64,000 bases of DNA from Nitrospirota bacterium (lineage in GTDB: Bacteria; Nitrospirota; UBA9217): NCBI GenBank assembly GCA_963741205.1, contig CAVUHW010000006.1, positions 32,001 to 96,000 on the forward strand. Direction: 5' to 3'. The notes beneath the pieces are model-generated. The model made no database searches. It was not told the DNA's origin and was given only the letters and a program-made list of their open reading frames with translations. This document shows, one piece after another, positions 1-11,110 of the stretch. A program made the position numbers and the translations under genes. Positions within the stretch are counted from its first letter, which is position 1. Each line of letters starts with the position of its first letter.

Positions 1-1510
1 CTGTCAGTGGTGAACAGGGACCGGAAGGGAAACTTCTTTGCCTACGAAGAGGGCCTGGACTTCATCTACCCGGCGGCGAAGGCCCCCATCTACAGCTTCT
101 GGGACTTCTATCTGGGAAGGGGGATCGTGGGCGGCATGCTCACGAGCGGCGTGCAGCAGGGCAAGACCGCCGGCCATATGGCCCTCCGCATCCTGAGGGG
201 AGAGAGCGTTTCAGCGATACCCGTCATCAAAAAGAGCCCGAACCTCTACATGTTCGATGAGCGGGAACTGAAGCGCTTCGGCATCGATCCGGCGAGCGTT
301 CCGGCGGAGAGCATCGTAATCAACAAGCCCGACACGTTCTATTACCGGCACCGGAACCTGATTCTCGTCGGCTCGGGCATCATCCTTACCCTGAGTCTCA
401 TCATCGTCATCCTGCTCGTCAATATCTCCCTCCGGAAACGGTATGAAACGGCGCTCAGGGAATCGGAAGAGAAGTACCGCGACCTTTACGATCATGCGCC
501 GGACATGTATCATTCCATCAACCGGGACGGTATCATCATCGATTGCAACGACACCGAGGCGATGATGCTGGGCTACGCGAAGGAAGAGATCATCGGCAGG
601 CCCATCGCCGATTTCCTGACCGAAGAGTCCCGCAAGACCTATGACCGGGAATTTTCCACCCTCACCGAGCACCGGACCTTGTACGGCCTTGATCGGGAGT
701 TCGTCAGGAAGGATGGCACGACCTTCACGGCAAGCCTGAACGTGTTCATCGAAGTAGACGAGGCCGGGGAGTTGGTCAGGACAAAGACGATCGCGCGCGA
801 CATCACCGAGCGCAAGCGGGTGGAGACGGAACTGCTCCGCTCCCGCGAGGAGCTCCGGAGCCTCTCGGCCCATATCCAGTCCGCGCGCGAAGAGGAGCGC
901 GGCAGCATTGCCCGGGAGATCCACGACGAACTTGGCCAGATCCTCTCGAAGCTGAAGCTGGACCTGGCGTGGTTCAAAAAGAGGCTGACGCCGGATCAGA
1001 AGCCGCTGCTCGAAAAGACGGACAGGATGTCGGACCTCGTGGACAGCACGATCAAAACCGTTCAGAGGATTTCCTCGGAATTGAGGCCCGGCGTGCTGGA
1101 TTATCTCGGGCTTGCCGAGGCCATCGACTGGCAGGTAAAGGAGTTCCGGGAGCGGACCGGCATGGCATGCACGGCCGCGATCTCTCCCGAACTCGCGGTC
1201 GAGGACAAGGACGTTTCCACGACGGTCTTCAGAATCTTACAGGAGACGCTGACGAACATCATCCGCCATGCAAAGGCGAGCAGGGTCGATGTGGACCTGA
1301 AAAACGGGGATAACACCCTGACGCTCGAGATCCGCGACAATGGCAGCGGGCATCGCGCGCGAGAACATTTCCGATCCCGCCTCGTTCGGGATCATGAGCA
1401 TGCGTGAACGCGCGCGCCATCTCGGAGGCTCGGTCATCATTACCGGTGAACCGGGCAAGGGGACCACGGTCCTGGTAAGGATACCGCTGGACGGCAGGGG
1501 GAAGACATGA
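1..1510 (+). CDS. Sensor histidine kinase (extracytoplasmic domain, TM, PAS, HisKA_3, HATPase); 5'-truncated by window, frameshift near 1350
   Basis: ORF 7..1407 has PAS (EEIIGRP...DITERKR) and H-box EEERGSIAREIHDELGQ. The ATP-lid end (DPASFGIMSMRERARHLGGSVIITGEPGKGTTV) continues in another frame to TGA at 1508-1510, overlapping the next ATG. Confidence 0.9.
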
Positions 1511-2148
1511 CACGCGTACTCATAGCGGACGACCATGCGATCTTTCGTGAGGGCTTGAGGCAGATCCTCGAGGATGCCGCGGACCTGGAGGTGGTCGAAG
1601 AAGCGAGCCGCGGCCAGGAGGTCCTGGACAAGATCGAGAAGAATGAGTACGATCTCATTCTGCTCGACATCGCCATGCCGGGACTGAGCGGGCTCGATAC
1701 GCTGAAGCTCATCAAGGGCCGGAAGCCGAAAATGAAGGTCCTGGTCCTGAGCATGTATCCCGAGGAGCAGTATGCGGTCCGGGCGATCAAGGCGGGGGCG
1801 TCGGGCTATATCACGAAGGCGGGCGCGTCCGAGGAACTGCTCGGGGCCATCAGGAAGGTATTGTCGGGCGGCAAGTACATCACGTCGTCGGTTGCCGATA
1901 AACTGTTCTCGGACCTCGAACCCGAGCCGGGTCATCCGCTGCACGAGCTGCTCTCCGACCGGGAGTACCAGATCCTCTGCCTGATCGCGTCAGGCAAGAC
2001 CGTGAGCGAGATCGCGGACAGCTTGGCACTGAGCGTCAAGACCGTGAGCACTCACCGGGGCCATATCCTGGAAAAGATGAAGATGAAATCGAACGCCGAG
2101 CTGACAAATTACGCCATCAAACAGAACCTGATTTCACTCACCGACTGA
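1507..2148 (+). CDS. NarL/FixJ-family response regulator (REC + LuxR HTH)
   Basis: VLIADDH, LLDIAMPG and LSDREYQIL...SVKTVSTHR motifs; coupled to the kinase. Confidence 0.95.
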   Translation: MTRVLIADDHAIFREGLRQILEDAADLEVVEEASRGQEVLDKIEKNEYDLILLDIAMPGLSGLDTLKLIKGRKPKMKVLVLSMYPEEQYAVRAIKAGASGYITKAGASEELLGAIRKVLSGGKYITSSVADKLFSDLEPEPGHPLHELLSDREYQILCLIASGKTVSEIADSLALSVKTVSTHRGHILEKMKMKSNAELTNYAIKQNLISLTD

Positions 2149-2350
2149 GATAAAAGTCCCCCCCGCCACTCAGTAAAATGGAATTCAAACTCCGTTTCCC
2201 TGGCCGGACCCAAGAGAAACTCCGGCAATGTCCAGTCCAACCCCGGCGGTTTGGAGTATCATGATGCCGGAATATTCAATCAGCCATGCAATAAATGAAT
2301 CTCCTGAATCGTCATAATAGCAGAGACCAGAGGAACGGAATTGACGCGTT

Positions 2351-2899
2351 ATGAATGAAAAGGCCGGAAGGCACGATCTTGCTCAGTTTTTTAGCGACAA
2401 GTATAGAAAACTGGTTACGTACTTTCAGTCGAATTACTCTGATCTTTCGGACATGGAAGCTGAGGATATAGTCAGCGATCTGATGGCCGATCTGTTCGAG
2501 AAGGCAGATATTACGGCCCATGTCGAAAACATATCCGCCTATATCTACCGTTCCCTGCAAAATAAGGCGAAGGATTATCTGAGGAGAAGGAAGAAGACGG
2601 TTTCGTTCGAAGATGCCACGTCCGGGGAGCCGGAGAGTCCCGGAAGAGAAGCAATACCCGAACCGCGGTATGACATGGAAGGAGAGATCCAAGCCTCGGA
2701 GATCCGGGGCCGGCTTATCGAGGCACTGGATCAGCTGGCGCCGGACCAGCGCACGATCTGGATCGCCACGGAACTCGACGGTTATTCGTTTCGCGAGCTG
2801 TCGGAAGAATGGGGCGTCCCAATCGGCACGCTTCTGGCCCGAAAGCACCGGGCCAATGCAGCTCTGCAAAAAGAGCTGAAGGATTTGAAAAACAGATGA
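2351..2899 (+). CDS. ECF (sigma-70 group 4) RNA polymerase sigma factor
   Basis: Region 2 (EAEDIVSD) and region 4 (ALDQLAPDQR...GYSFRELSEEWGVPIGTLLARKHRA). Confidence 0.9.
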   Translation: MNEKAGRHDLAQFFSDKYRKLVTYFQSNYSDLSDMEAEDIVSDLMADLFEKADITAHVENISAYIYRSLQNKAKDYLRRRKKTVSFEDATSGEPESPGREAIPEPRYDMEGEIQASEIRGRLIEALDQLAPDQRTIWIATELDGYSFRELSEEWGVPIGTLLARKHRANAALQKELKDLKNR

Positions 2900-2912
2900 A
2901 AGAGAGGAAAGC

Positions 2913-3350
2913 ATGATGACGGAGGGAAAAAATTCAAATCAATGCAGTCTACGCCGACCGTGGATTATAGGCCGGGTCGCACGGGGAATCGTCATAGGAC
3001 TTGCATTCGCGCTGGTATTCGGGATATTCGTCCGGCTGCTTTGGAACTGGCTGATGCCCGGGATGTTCGGCTTTCGGGAAATTACATTTGGACAGGCCTT
3101 CGGGATGATCATCCTGGCGCGCCTGCTCTTCGGAGCGAGAGGCATGCACGGTATGCGTCCGGAATTTGCGGGCAGGTGGCACGGGCGCCGCAATTGGGGA
3201 TGGGGCCCCTGTTCGAAGGAGGACGCGGCAAACGGGGAGATCAAGGACTGGCGACACTATGACGAGTGGTGGCAGGCGGAAGGACGGGATGCATTCAAGA
3301 AATATACAGACAGCCATGGGCAAGGCAAGGAAGGCGAGCTTCGTAAGTAA
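2913..3350 (+). CDS. Membrane protein co-transcribed with ECF sigma (possible anti-sigma or target)
   Basis: RBS GAGG; two hydrophobic segments with LLWNWLMP..FG..ITF.QA.G...L.RLLFG. Confidence 0.75.
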   Translation: MMTEGKNSNQCSLRRPWIIGRVARGIVIGLAFALVFGIFVRLLWNWLMPGMFGFREITFGQAFGMIILARLLFGARGMHGMRPEFAGRWHGRRNWGWGPCSKEDAANGEIKDWRHYDEWWQAEGRDAFKKYTDSHGQGKEGELRK

Positions 3351-3367
3351 AAGAGAAACACTATTAA

Positions 3368-3473
3368 ACCGCGAAGTCGCGAAGGACGCGAGGAAGGCTA
3401 GCTTTGAATCAGGTTTAAACAGGAAAAGAATTTTGTCGTAAGGTTTCCTTTGCGTCCTTCGCGACTTCGCGGT
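3368..3473. repeat. Inverted-repeat element with periodic (GCGAAG) arms
   Basis: accgcgaagtcgcgaaggacgc (3368-3389) is the perfect 22-bp reverse complement of 3452-3473; AT-rich spacer between the arms. Confidence 0.9.
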
Positions 3474-3553
3474 AAAATATTTTGGTTTTGAATTTTTTCT
3501 GTGACTCAAAATCCCAGATGTTGGTCAGTAACGTTACATTAAAGGAGGCGATT

Positions 3554-3985
3554 ATGTTAAAAGGCAAGACAGTAGTCATGGTTGTAATGACAGCTCTTCT
3601 GGCGCTGGTCATCGCCGGATGTTGTCACAGGACACCGGAACAACGGGCGGAGCACGTTGTAAAGCACCTGGTTGAAACGCTGAAGCTGGATGCCGTTCAA
3701 ACGGAAAAGCTCGAGAAGATCAAGGACGAATTTCTGGCCAAGCAAGCGGGCATAAGGAATATGCGGGAGGAATCAATAAAAGAGGCCAGGGAGATGATGA
3801 TGAGCCCGCAGATCGATCCGGCAGCATTAAACGCGCACATTGAGAAAAAACAGGCACAGACGAACGATCTGATCCGGTTCGTTTTCGTCAAATTTGCCGA
3901 GATCCACGATATGCTTACTCCGGAGCAGAGAAACAAGCTGGCGGGGGAGATGGAAAAATATGCGAGTCGTGCGCATCATTGGTAA
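3554..3985 (+). CDS. Spy/CpxP-family periplasmic chaperone-like lipoprotein
   Basis: RBS AAGGAGG; lipobox VIAG-C; helical body ending IHDMLTPEQR (LTxxQ motif). Confidence 0.8.
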   Translation: MLKGKTVVMVVMTALLALVIAGCCHRTPEQRAEHVVKHLVETLKLDAVQTEKLEKIKDEFLAKQAGIRNMREESIKEAREMMMSPQIDPAALNAHIEKKQAQTNDLIRFVFVKFAEIHDMLTPEQRNKLAGEMEKYASRAHHW

Positions 3986-4018
3986 TTTTGTCGAAAATAA
4001 GGTACTTGAAGGAGCACT

Positions 4019-4372
4019 ATGCGAAGGACGATTCGATTCTTCCTGCTTTTTGAGGCAGCATCCTTTATCGCTGCTTCCCTCGTTCACTCCGGAGTGCTGA
4101 TTACCGGATACGAGCACCAGAAGGCACGCATCGCCGAAAGCGTACTTGCCATCGTTCTTCTCTCTGCTGCAGCGTTGACCTGGATCCGGCCAGCGTGGAC
4201 GCGTAAGGCAGGGCTTACAGCACAGGGTTTTGCTCTTTTGGGTACGATGGTCGGCATATTCACCATCGCCGTTGGTGTCGGCCCGCGCACGGTCCCCGAC
4301 GTCGTTTACCATCTAACTATCGTTGCCGTGCTCGTTTGGGGTCTCGTCATTGCCAAACAGGCAGACACCTAA
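4019..4372 (+). CDS. Small four-TM membrane protein
   Basis: RBS AAGGAG; four hydrophobic segments. Confidence 0.7.
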   Translation: MRRTIRFFLLFEAASFIAASLVHSGVLITGYEHQKARIAESVLAIVLLSAAALTWIRPAWTRKAGLTAQGFALLGTMVGIFTIAVGVGPRTVPDVVYHLTIVAVLVWGLVIAKQADT

Positions 4373-4415
4373 ACTCGCTTGCCCGTAGCCGGAAAGTTGG
4401 GCCCCGGTTTTGTCC

Positions 4416-4442
4416 GAGACCCTGAATCGAGTTCAGGGTGAC
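4416..4442. repeat. REP-like palindrome
   Basis: gagaccctgaatcgagttcagggtgac; stem accctgaa/ttcagggt. Confidence 0.65.
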
Positions 4443-4578
4443 GTACAATGATTTGGGCAACAGGCTGTGGGAACCAGGAATAAAGGAGCCCTCCCTCGAA
4501 AGATTGCATCCGGCGTGCGCGCGGGAATCCAAGACGCGTTGTCTGCGTGCATCTTCGGCCATTTGCCGTTTTCAAGAC

Positions 4579-6789
4579 TCATCGCGTGCCCAGCACTTCC
4601 CGGATCTTTTTCAGAAAATCCTTCGGGGCCGCGGGTTTTGAAATGAAGTTCAGGTCTTCTTCAAGGATTCCCTTTTTGTGCACGATGTCCGCCGTGTATC
4701 CGCTCGTGAACAGGACCTTGACGTCCGATTTTGCCTTATGGATATGCGTGTAGGCGTCCCTGCCGTTCATCTTCGGCATCACGACATCGAGGACGACAAG
4801 ATCGATGCTCTTCCGGCGCCGCATGAATGCCTTGACGGCGTCCTCGCCGTCGACCGCTTCGACGACGGTATAGCCGAACTCCTCCAGGAGATCCCGCATC
4901 AGCTTCCGGACCGCCGCGTCATCCTCGGCCAGCAGCACGGTTTCGTTCCCCCGCAGCGGGAGGGTTTCATGAGAAATCGCCGGTTCCTCGGCAGGAATCT
5001 CAACCAGGGGAAGATAGATCTTGAAGGTCGTGCCTTTTCCCTGTTCGCTGTACACGTTAATATACCCGTTCTGCTGCTTGATAATCCCGTAGACCATTGC
5101 CAGTCCGAGTCCCGTCCCCTTGCCGACCTCCTTCGTCGTAAAGAAGGGATCGAATATGCGCTCCCGCGTCGTTTCGTCCATTCCCGTGCCCGTATCCGTC
5201 ACAGACAGCCGGGCGTACCGGCCCGGGGGAATGTAGGTATGCGGACGGCCGTAATCGTCCTCCAGCTCGGAGGGATCGGTTTCGATCAGAAGGACGCCTC
5301 CGCCCGGCATCGCATCCCGCGCATTTGTGGCGAGGTTCATCAAGACCTGGTCGAGCTGTCCGCTGTCCGCCATGACCGTCAGTTTCTGAGACGCCAAGCG
5401 TGTCTGCATATCAATATCCTCCCCGATCAGCCGGGACAACAGCCTTTCGATCCCCTGCACGATCCTGTTCAGGTCGACTGGTTTGGGGTTGATGATCTGC
5501 TGCCTGCTGTAGGCCAGCAGGCTGCGCGTCAGCTGGGCCGCGCGCTCGGACGAGGCGAGGATCTGCTCTACCTCGTGGCGCAGGGGGTCGTCGTCCGTCA
5601 TCTTCATGAGAAGCAGCGAGCCGTATCCGCCGATCGCCGTGAGGATATTGTTGAAGTCATGGGCCACGCCGCCCGCCAATTGTCCGATAGCCTCCATTTT
5701 CTGGGCCTGACGGAGCTGTCTCTGAAGCCGTTCTTTTTCCTCCTCGTCATTCCTGCGCCTGGTAATGTCGTCGCCGAGGCTGGCAATCCCGATAGGGGCG
5801 CCCTGGGAATCGTTCAGAATCGTATTGTACCAGGCGATGAGACGCCGCTCGCCCGACTTGCCGATGATGTAGTGCTCGTGATATGACGGAAATGTGCTGG
5901 TCAACATGACCTTGGTGAATATCTCGAAGATAGGTCCCCGGGCCTCGGGGGGGAGGAAGTTATCGAACCAGTTTTTACCCAGGACCTCGCTGCGCTGCCA
6001 TCCGGTAAGCTCAAGAAGAAAATCATTGCAGTACATGACGAGTCCCTGCTGGTTGATCATAAGGGCGGCGAGGTTCACGCTTTCGAAGACGGACCGGAAA
6101 CGCCGCTCGGATTCGATTAATTCCGCCTCCATCCGCCTGCGCTCCGAAATGTCACGGACCAGCTCGACCGCCGCCGTAACCGATCCTGAAGAGTCCTTGA
6201 TCGGCGACGTCGTGATTTCGTAATACTGTAATGCCCCTCCAACCGCCCTTGTGTAGTCCATCCGGTGGATCTCGCCGTCTGCTAATGAAAGCGCGGCAGC
6301 GCACCCGTCACAGATATCGTCATTCTTCCGGTACGCGCGATAGCAGCGTTCGCCTTCATGATCGCCCATGCGTTTTTTGAGGACGGCATTCTGATAGATG
6401 ACCGTGAAGTTCCTGTCCTGAATGCTGACGCCGTCACCCATGGCCGCGATGATGGCCTGGGATCTCAGCTTTTCATTGATCGACGCAGCCATGGACGCCT
6501 GGAGCGCCGATTCGGTTTGTTGATGGTCGAGGATGCTTTTTTCGAGCAGGCGCATGTAGAGAAGCGGGCTGCCCAATATTACGGCGGTAAACAGGGAGAA
6601 GATTCCGCCCACCATCACGTGCTCCCTGTCCAGATAGGGGATCTCGGGATGGAGTACGAGGTCGACGAGGGCGTTGAGATTGCCCACCAGGAGAACAACG
6701 AAAAGGAAGAAAACCCAGCGTGAGGGAAGAGACCACTCCTGAAAGATGCGGGCAAGTCGCTTCTGAAAATTGTCGAATTCCATAGTCAC
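4579..6789 (-). CDS. Hybrid sensor kinase (TM, 2 PAS, HisKA, HATPase, REC)
   Basis: QAQKMEAIGQLAGGVAHDFNNIL, PFFTTKEVGKGTGLGL and a C-terminal REC domain (LLAEDD...LDVVMPKMNG). Confidence 0.95.
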   Translation of the reverse strand: MTMEFDNFQKRLARIFQEWSLPSRWVFFLFVVLLVGNLNALVDLVLHPEIPYLDREHVMVGGIFSLFTAVILGSPLLYMRLLEKSILDHQQTESALQASMAASINEKLRSQAIIAAMGDGVSIQDRNFTVIYQNAVLKKRMGDHEGERCYRAYRKNDDICDGCAAALSLADGEIHRMDYTRAVGGALQYYEITTSPIKDSSGSVTAAVELVRDISERRRMEAELIESERRFRSVFESVNLAALMINQQGLVMYCNDFLLELTGWQRSEVLGKNWFDNFLPPEARGPIFEIFTKVMLTSTFPSYHEHYIIGKSGERRLIAWYNTILNDSQGAPIGIASLGDDITRRRNDEEEKERLQRQLRQAQKMEAIGQLAGGVAHDFNNILTAIGGYGSLLLMKMTDDDPLRHEVEQILASSERAAQLTRSLLAYSRQQIINPKPVDLNRIVQGIERLLSRLIGEDIDMQTRLASQKLTVMADSGQLDQVLMNLATNARDAMPGGGVLLIETDPSELEDDYGRPHTYIPPGRYARLSVTDTGTGMDETTRERIFDPFFTTKEVGKGTGLGLAMVYGIIKQQNGYINVYSEQGKGTTFKIYLPLVEIPAEEPAISHETLPLRGNETVLLAEDDAAVRKLMRDLLEEFGYTVVEAVDGEDAVKAFMRRRKSIDLVVLDVVMPKMNGRDAYTHIHKAKSDVKVLFTSGYTADIVHKKGILEEDLNFISKPAAPKDFLKKIREVLGTR

Positions 6790-7065
6790 CCGGTCTCATC
6801 CCGTCTTTTAGGGTGCAAATCGCGACCAGAAAAGGCGCACGCGACATGATCCTGTCAAAGCATGTTATCGGGAATGGACGCCAGAAGCGCGCACGCCGAA
6901 GCTATCAAGAATACGAACGCGAGTGGCGCTTTGCGGCAGGCTGTCGGCCTGTTCGTGAATAGGTTTAGTTTTGGCACGGTTACGGGAAATCATACACCTT
7001 TGGACGAAAAAAGCAAAACAAAACCTATTTCCTCCAGGGCGGGTGAAGAAACAGCCGGGACCGCG

Positions 7066-7728
7066 TCACCGGGCCGCGACGAGGAGTTGCCGTTTAAACC
7101 AATCCGCTGCAAGCCGGGCGACCTCTTCGAGCGCGCCGCGCTCCTCAAAGAGATGCGTGGCCCCGGGAATAATCTCAAGATGTTTTTCAGCGGCGATCAT
7201 GCCGTAGGCGCGGCGGTTGAGGTCGATCACGACAGGATCGTTTCCTCCCACGATGAGGAGCACCGGTGCCTGAATGCGAGGCAGGGCCTCAAAGGCCAGG
7301 TCGGGCCGTCCGCCGCGGGAGACCACAGCGCCGATCTGCAGCCCCGGGTCCGCCGCTGCGCGCAGGGCCGAGGCCGTTCCCGTACTCGCGCCGAAATAGC
7401 CGAGGCTGAAGCCGGCCGCCTGCGGCCGCTGCCGCAGCCAGAATGTGGACGCGCGAAGCCGCTCCGTGAGCAGCTCGATGTTGAACCGGTTTTCGTAGAC
7501 CCTGTCCTCTTCCCGCGTCAAGAGGTCGAAGAGCAGCGTGCCGATGCCCGCCTCCTGGAGTACGCCCGCTACGAACTTGTTGCGCGGGCTGTGCCTGCTG
7601 CTGCCGCTGCCATGGGCGAAGATCACCGCCGTACGCGCCGCCGCGGGAATTACCAGATTTCCCTCGAGCGTAACACCCCCGGCGGGGATGGTGACTTGTT
7701 GTTCGGTTAGAGTTGTTAAGCATACCAT
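7066..7728 (-). CDS. Alpha/beta hydrolase (dienelactone hydrolase-like, PRT-associated)
   Basis: FAHGSGSSRHSPRN, GYFGASTG, VSRGGRPDL, GATHLFEE; exact start uncertain (7723 or 7728). Confidence 0.85.
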   Translation of the reverse strand: MVCLTTLTEQQVTIPAGGVTLEGNLVIPAAARTAVIFAHGSGSSRHSPRNKFVAGVLQEAGIGTLLFDLLTREEDRVYENRFNIELLTERLRASTFWLRQRPQAAGFSLGYFGASTGTASALRAAADPGLQIGAVVSRGGRPDLAFEALPRIQAPVLLIVGGNDPVVIDLNRRAYGMIAAEKHLEIIPGATHLFEERGALEEVARLAADWFKRQLLVAAR

Positions 7729-7838
7729 CCTCCTCTTTTCGGACGCAAGGCAACCGTCGTTCGCCGTGCATTTGAGCTGTGCACCCATGTTGCCGCTGAT
7801 TTACGCCATCGCGGATGGCTCGCGTCCATATGAATCCC

Positions 7839-8483
7839 TCACGCCGCCATGGCCGTTGCCCGGTGAAGCAATTCCACCACTTCCTCATCCGTGACCTGGG
7901 TGAAGTCGCCGTAGTGGGCGCCGACAGCCATGAAATAAAGCGGCGTTTCGAGGCAGATGAGCTCGTCGACCATCGTCCGCAAGGCCTCGACTGTTTCCGG
8001 AGGACCCACGGGGAGCGCCAGGACCAGCTTGGCAATCTTCTCCTGCTTGAGCGCCGAGATCGCCGCCTTTATCGTGGCGCCGGTCGCGACGCCGTCGTCG
8101 ACGAGGACCACCGTCTTGCCCTCCAGATTGGAAAGCATCCTGCCGGCGCGGTAGAGGGCTATGCGCCTGGCGATCTCATTTTTTTGCCGGTCGATCTCAG
8201 GCTGCAGCGCCTTCTCTGAAAGACCGCCCATCGCAAGGATGTCCCTGTTCAAGACCACGCTCCCGGTTTCCGCAACCGCTCCCGCGGCAAGCTCGGGTTG
8301 CGACGGGAACCCGATCTTCCTGACGATCAGCACATCTAACGGGGCCCCGATCATCCGCGCGATCTCAAAACCCGTAACGACTCCTCCTCGCGGAAGGGCA
8401 AGCACGATAACATCGTCCCGGTTTTTATAGCGGTCCAGCCGGGCTGCAAGCCGGCTGCCCGCTTCGCTTCGATTACGAAACAT
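7839..8483 (-). CDS. Phosphoribosyltransferase-family protein
   Basis: VLALPRGGV, VRKIG.P.QPE and VVLVDDGVATGAT PRPP loop. Confidence 0.9.
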   Translation of the reverse strand: MFRNRSEAGSRLAARLDRYKNRDDVIVLALPRGGVVTGFEIARMIGAPLDVLIVRKIGFPSQPELAAGAVAETGSVVLNRDILAMGGLSEKALQPEIDRQKNEIARRIALYRAGRMLSNLEGKTVVLVDDGVATGATIKAAISALKQEKIAKLVLALPVGPPETVEALRTMVDELICLETPLYFMAVGAHYGDFTQVTDEEVVELLHRATAMAA

Positions 8484-8704
8484 AGATCATCATCCCTTCT
8501 TTCTCTTTAGGATGCCTTATGATGCCGAATACTTTTTGATTAGAAACAAATGCTGTCTCACTCTCATCTTTTATCCCGAACTTCTTCTCTTCTAATTAGA
8601 ATCTAGTTCCGGCATTGCAAGTTGTCAAGATTTTCTGGTTGACAGAGCACGGGCAGACAGTGTACAAAAGACCTTGCAGTATTTCGGCGAGAAAGGGGCG
8701 GCGC

Positions 8705-9022
8705 ATGTCTGAATTTAAAAGCGTTACCGTAGTGAGGGAAGCGAACATCTATTTCGACGGAAAGGTGACGAGCAGGACAGTGCTTTTCCCCGACGGATCC
8801 AAAAAGACCCTTGGTGTTATGCTGCCGGGGGAATTCGAGTTCGGCACAGCGGACAAGGAACTCATGGAGATCCTGTCGGGCGAGCTCGACGTGCTCCTTC
8901 CCGGCGATGCGGCGTGGAAACCCTTCAAGGGGGGACAGTCGTTCGAGGTGGCTGCAAATTCGAAATTCAAACTGAAGGTGAAGAAGCTGACGGACTACTG
9001 CTGTTCGTTCATTAAGGGATAA
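8705..9022 (+). CDS. ppnP: Pyrimidine/purine nucleoside phosphorylase (DUF1255)
   Basis: [35 protein letters not shown]...DYCCSF. Confidence 0.9.
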   Translation: MSEFKSVTVVREANIYFDGKVTSRTVLFPDGSKKTLGVMLPGEFEFGTADKELMEILSGELDVLLPGDAAWKPFKGGQSFEVAANSKFKLKVKKLTDYCCSFIKG

Positions 9023-9073
9023 TAACGTGGCAGGAGAAGGGTCGGGAGGCTGCGGTGCCGAGGGGATTACGGT

Positions 9074-9108
9074 AACTCCAAGACTCCTCAACTCTAAACT
9101 CCGAACTC
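9074..9108. repeat. Degenerate tandem ~7-mer (aactc core) array
   Basis: aactcca agactcc tcaactc taaactc cgaactc immediately upstream of the RBS. Confidence 0.5.
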
Positions 9109-9122
9109 ATGAAGGAGGATGT

Positions 9123-9656
9123 ATGAAAAAGACCGTAAGGATATTGTCGATTTTGTTCATCGTGACGGTGTTTCTTGGATGCCAGCAGAAGCAGGAGCAA
9201 AAGCAGCAGCCGGTGACGTATACTCCCGCCGCTCCGCCCGCACAGATGCAGATCGACCAACTGCAGCTCGCGGCGAAGCAGTCGCCCAAGAGCGCTCCGG
9301 CCTGGATCAGTCTCGGAGACGCGCTCATGGACACGCAGCGCTACCCCGAGGCGATCGACGCCTATGAAAAAGCGCTCGCCCTTGACCCGAAGAACGTGAA
9401 CGTGCTGGTCGACCAGGGGACCTGCTACCGAGGGGTCGGCAAGTTCGACAGGGCCGTCGAACAGTACCAGAAGGCGATCAAGCTTGATCCCAAGTTCCCC
9501 AACGCCCACCGCAATCTTGCCGTTGTCCTGGCCTACGACCTGCATAACAAGAAGGAAGGTCTGAAGGAATTCCAAAAATATCTTGAGCTCGCGCCGAATG
9601 CTCCCGATGCCGATAAGATCAGGGAGACGGTCGCGCAACTGTCGGCCGCGAAGTAA
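9123..9656 (+). CDS. TPR-repeat lipoprotein
   Basis: RBS GGAGG; lipobox FLG-C; TPR motifs (AWISLGDAL...AIDAYEKALALDPKN). Confidence 0.9.
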   Translation: MKKTVRILSILFIVTVFLGCQQKQEQKQQPVTYTPAAPPAQMQIDQLQLAAKQSPKSAPAWISLGDALMDTQRYPEAIDAYEKALALDPKNVNVLVDQGTCYRGVGKFDRAVEQYQKAIKLDPKFPNAHRNLAVVLAYDLHNKKEGLKEFQKYLELAPNAPDADKIRETVAQLSAAK

Positions 9657-9758
9657 AAGAGCCCGGCCTGAGGGGCTGAAGGAATGAAACCGTCAGAAGT
9701 GCGGCGGCGTTGACGCGCCGACCCGGCACAAGCCTCTCTTGGCGGGACCGGAAAAAAC

Positions 9759-10971
9759 GTGTACTTATTTATGACCAGAATTTTTCACGTCCTGAGCGGC
9801 GGACGCGCGGTACGGAATGCATGGCTGGGCTGGGCTGCCCTGCTGCTCGTGACCACGGCGTTGATTGCCGCTGGAAGCGAACGGACAGCCATTGGTCCCT
9901 ACAGGTCGGCCGCCCTGGGCTGGCTTGCCGGAGGAACTCTTTACGAAGGCACCGGCGTGGGCGGTTTCGTCTACTTTCCGCAGGCGGCGATCCTCTTCAT
10001 CCCGTTTGCCATGCTCCCCTATCTTGTGAGCGAGGCGCTTTGGCGCCTTGCGATGATCGGGACGTTCGCGGCGGGCATCCGGAGCTTCGCGCGGCTCGCA
10101 GGCGAGAGGTCTGAAACGGAACTGTTCCCGCTCATGACGCTGGTGTCCCTCCCCCTGGCATGGGACTGTGCTCGAAACGGCCAGGCGACGCTCGCGATGA
10201 CCGGCATGATGCTCCTGGCGGTCGTCGATATCGCCCGCCGCAAGTGGTGGCGCGCCGCGCTGTGGCTTTCCCTCGGCGTGGCGGTCAAGCCGCTCGCTAT
10301 TGTGCTCGCCCTGCTCGCCATGGCGGTGTATCGTCCCCTGGGCTGGCGCGTCCTCCTGGGTCTGGTTGCAGTCGCATTATCCCCGTTTCTCACACAGCGC
10401 CCCGACTATGTCCTTCAGCAGTATGCGGCGTGCCTGGGCAATATGACGACTGCCGCCCATGTAGGCGTCGTGAGCACAGGGTGGACGACGCCGTTCACCG
10501 CGCTGCGGGAGGCCGGCATCGATGTTCCGGAGCGTGTCCAGACCATCATCCGTATTCTCGCCGCATTCGGCACGCTGGCGCTTTGCTTCGGGGCGCGCCG
10601 GCGGCATGATGCGGCCGATGCGGTGATTTACCTGTTTTCACTGGCGGTCGTCTATCTGATGCTGTTCAGCCCGAGAACGGAAAACAATACGTACGCAATG
10701 CTCGGGCCGGCCATTGCAGTATTTCTTGCCCGGGCTTTCCTGGTGGAGTCGCGGTTCGTGGCCGGCACTTTTCTGGCGGGCAATTGCATTCGCCATTGTC
10801 GGCAGCCGCTTTTTCGAACGCTTGCTGGCCCCTCAGGCGGCGAATGTCTGGATGTCCCCGCTCATGGCGACCTGTTTTGCCTTGTTCCTGCTTTCCAGGC
10901 TTTTCACGGATGAGGTGAAGGGGCCGGAGAGCGGAGTTCGCAGGGAATACGGCGCGGGTCAGGCCCAATGA
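9759..10971 (+). CDS. GT-C membrane glycosyltransferase (family 87-like); frameshift near 10780
   Basis: GFVYFPQAA.LF.PF, NGQATL and LGVAVKP motifs; the C-terminal TM segments continue in the 10714..10971 frame. Confidence 0.75.
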
Positions 10972-11110
10972 ACAGGGCTTTTTTCAGTGCTGAGGCATCC
11001 GGTTCAGGTCCATCCGGCAATCCGGGACCCTTGACCCCACCCATGAGTTTCGGGTTCCCGAAATTCATCATGAAAGCGCAGATTGCGCATGATCGCAGGA
11101 GGAGTGGTCC

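Noticed and set aside
6971-6990. TGGCAC as a sigma-54 promoter (also at 16081-16086 minus strand)
   Set aside because: No GC at the required -12 spacing.
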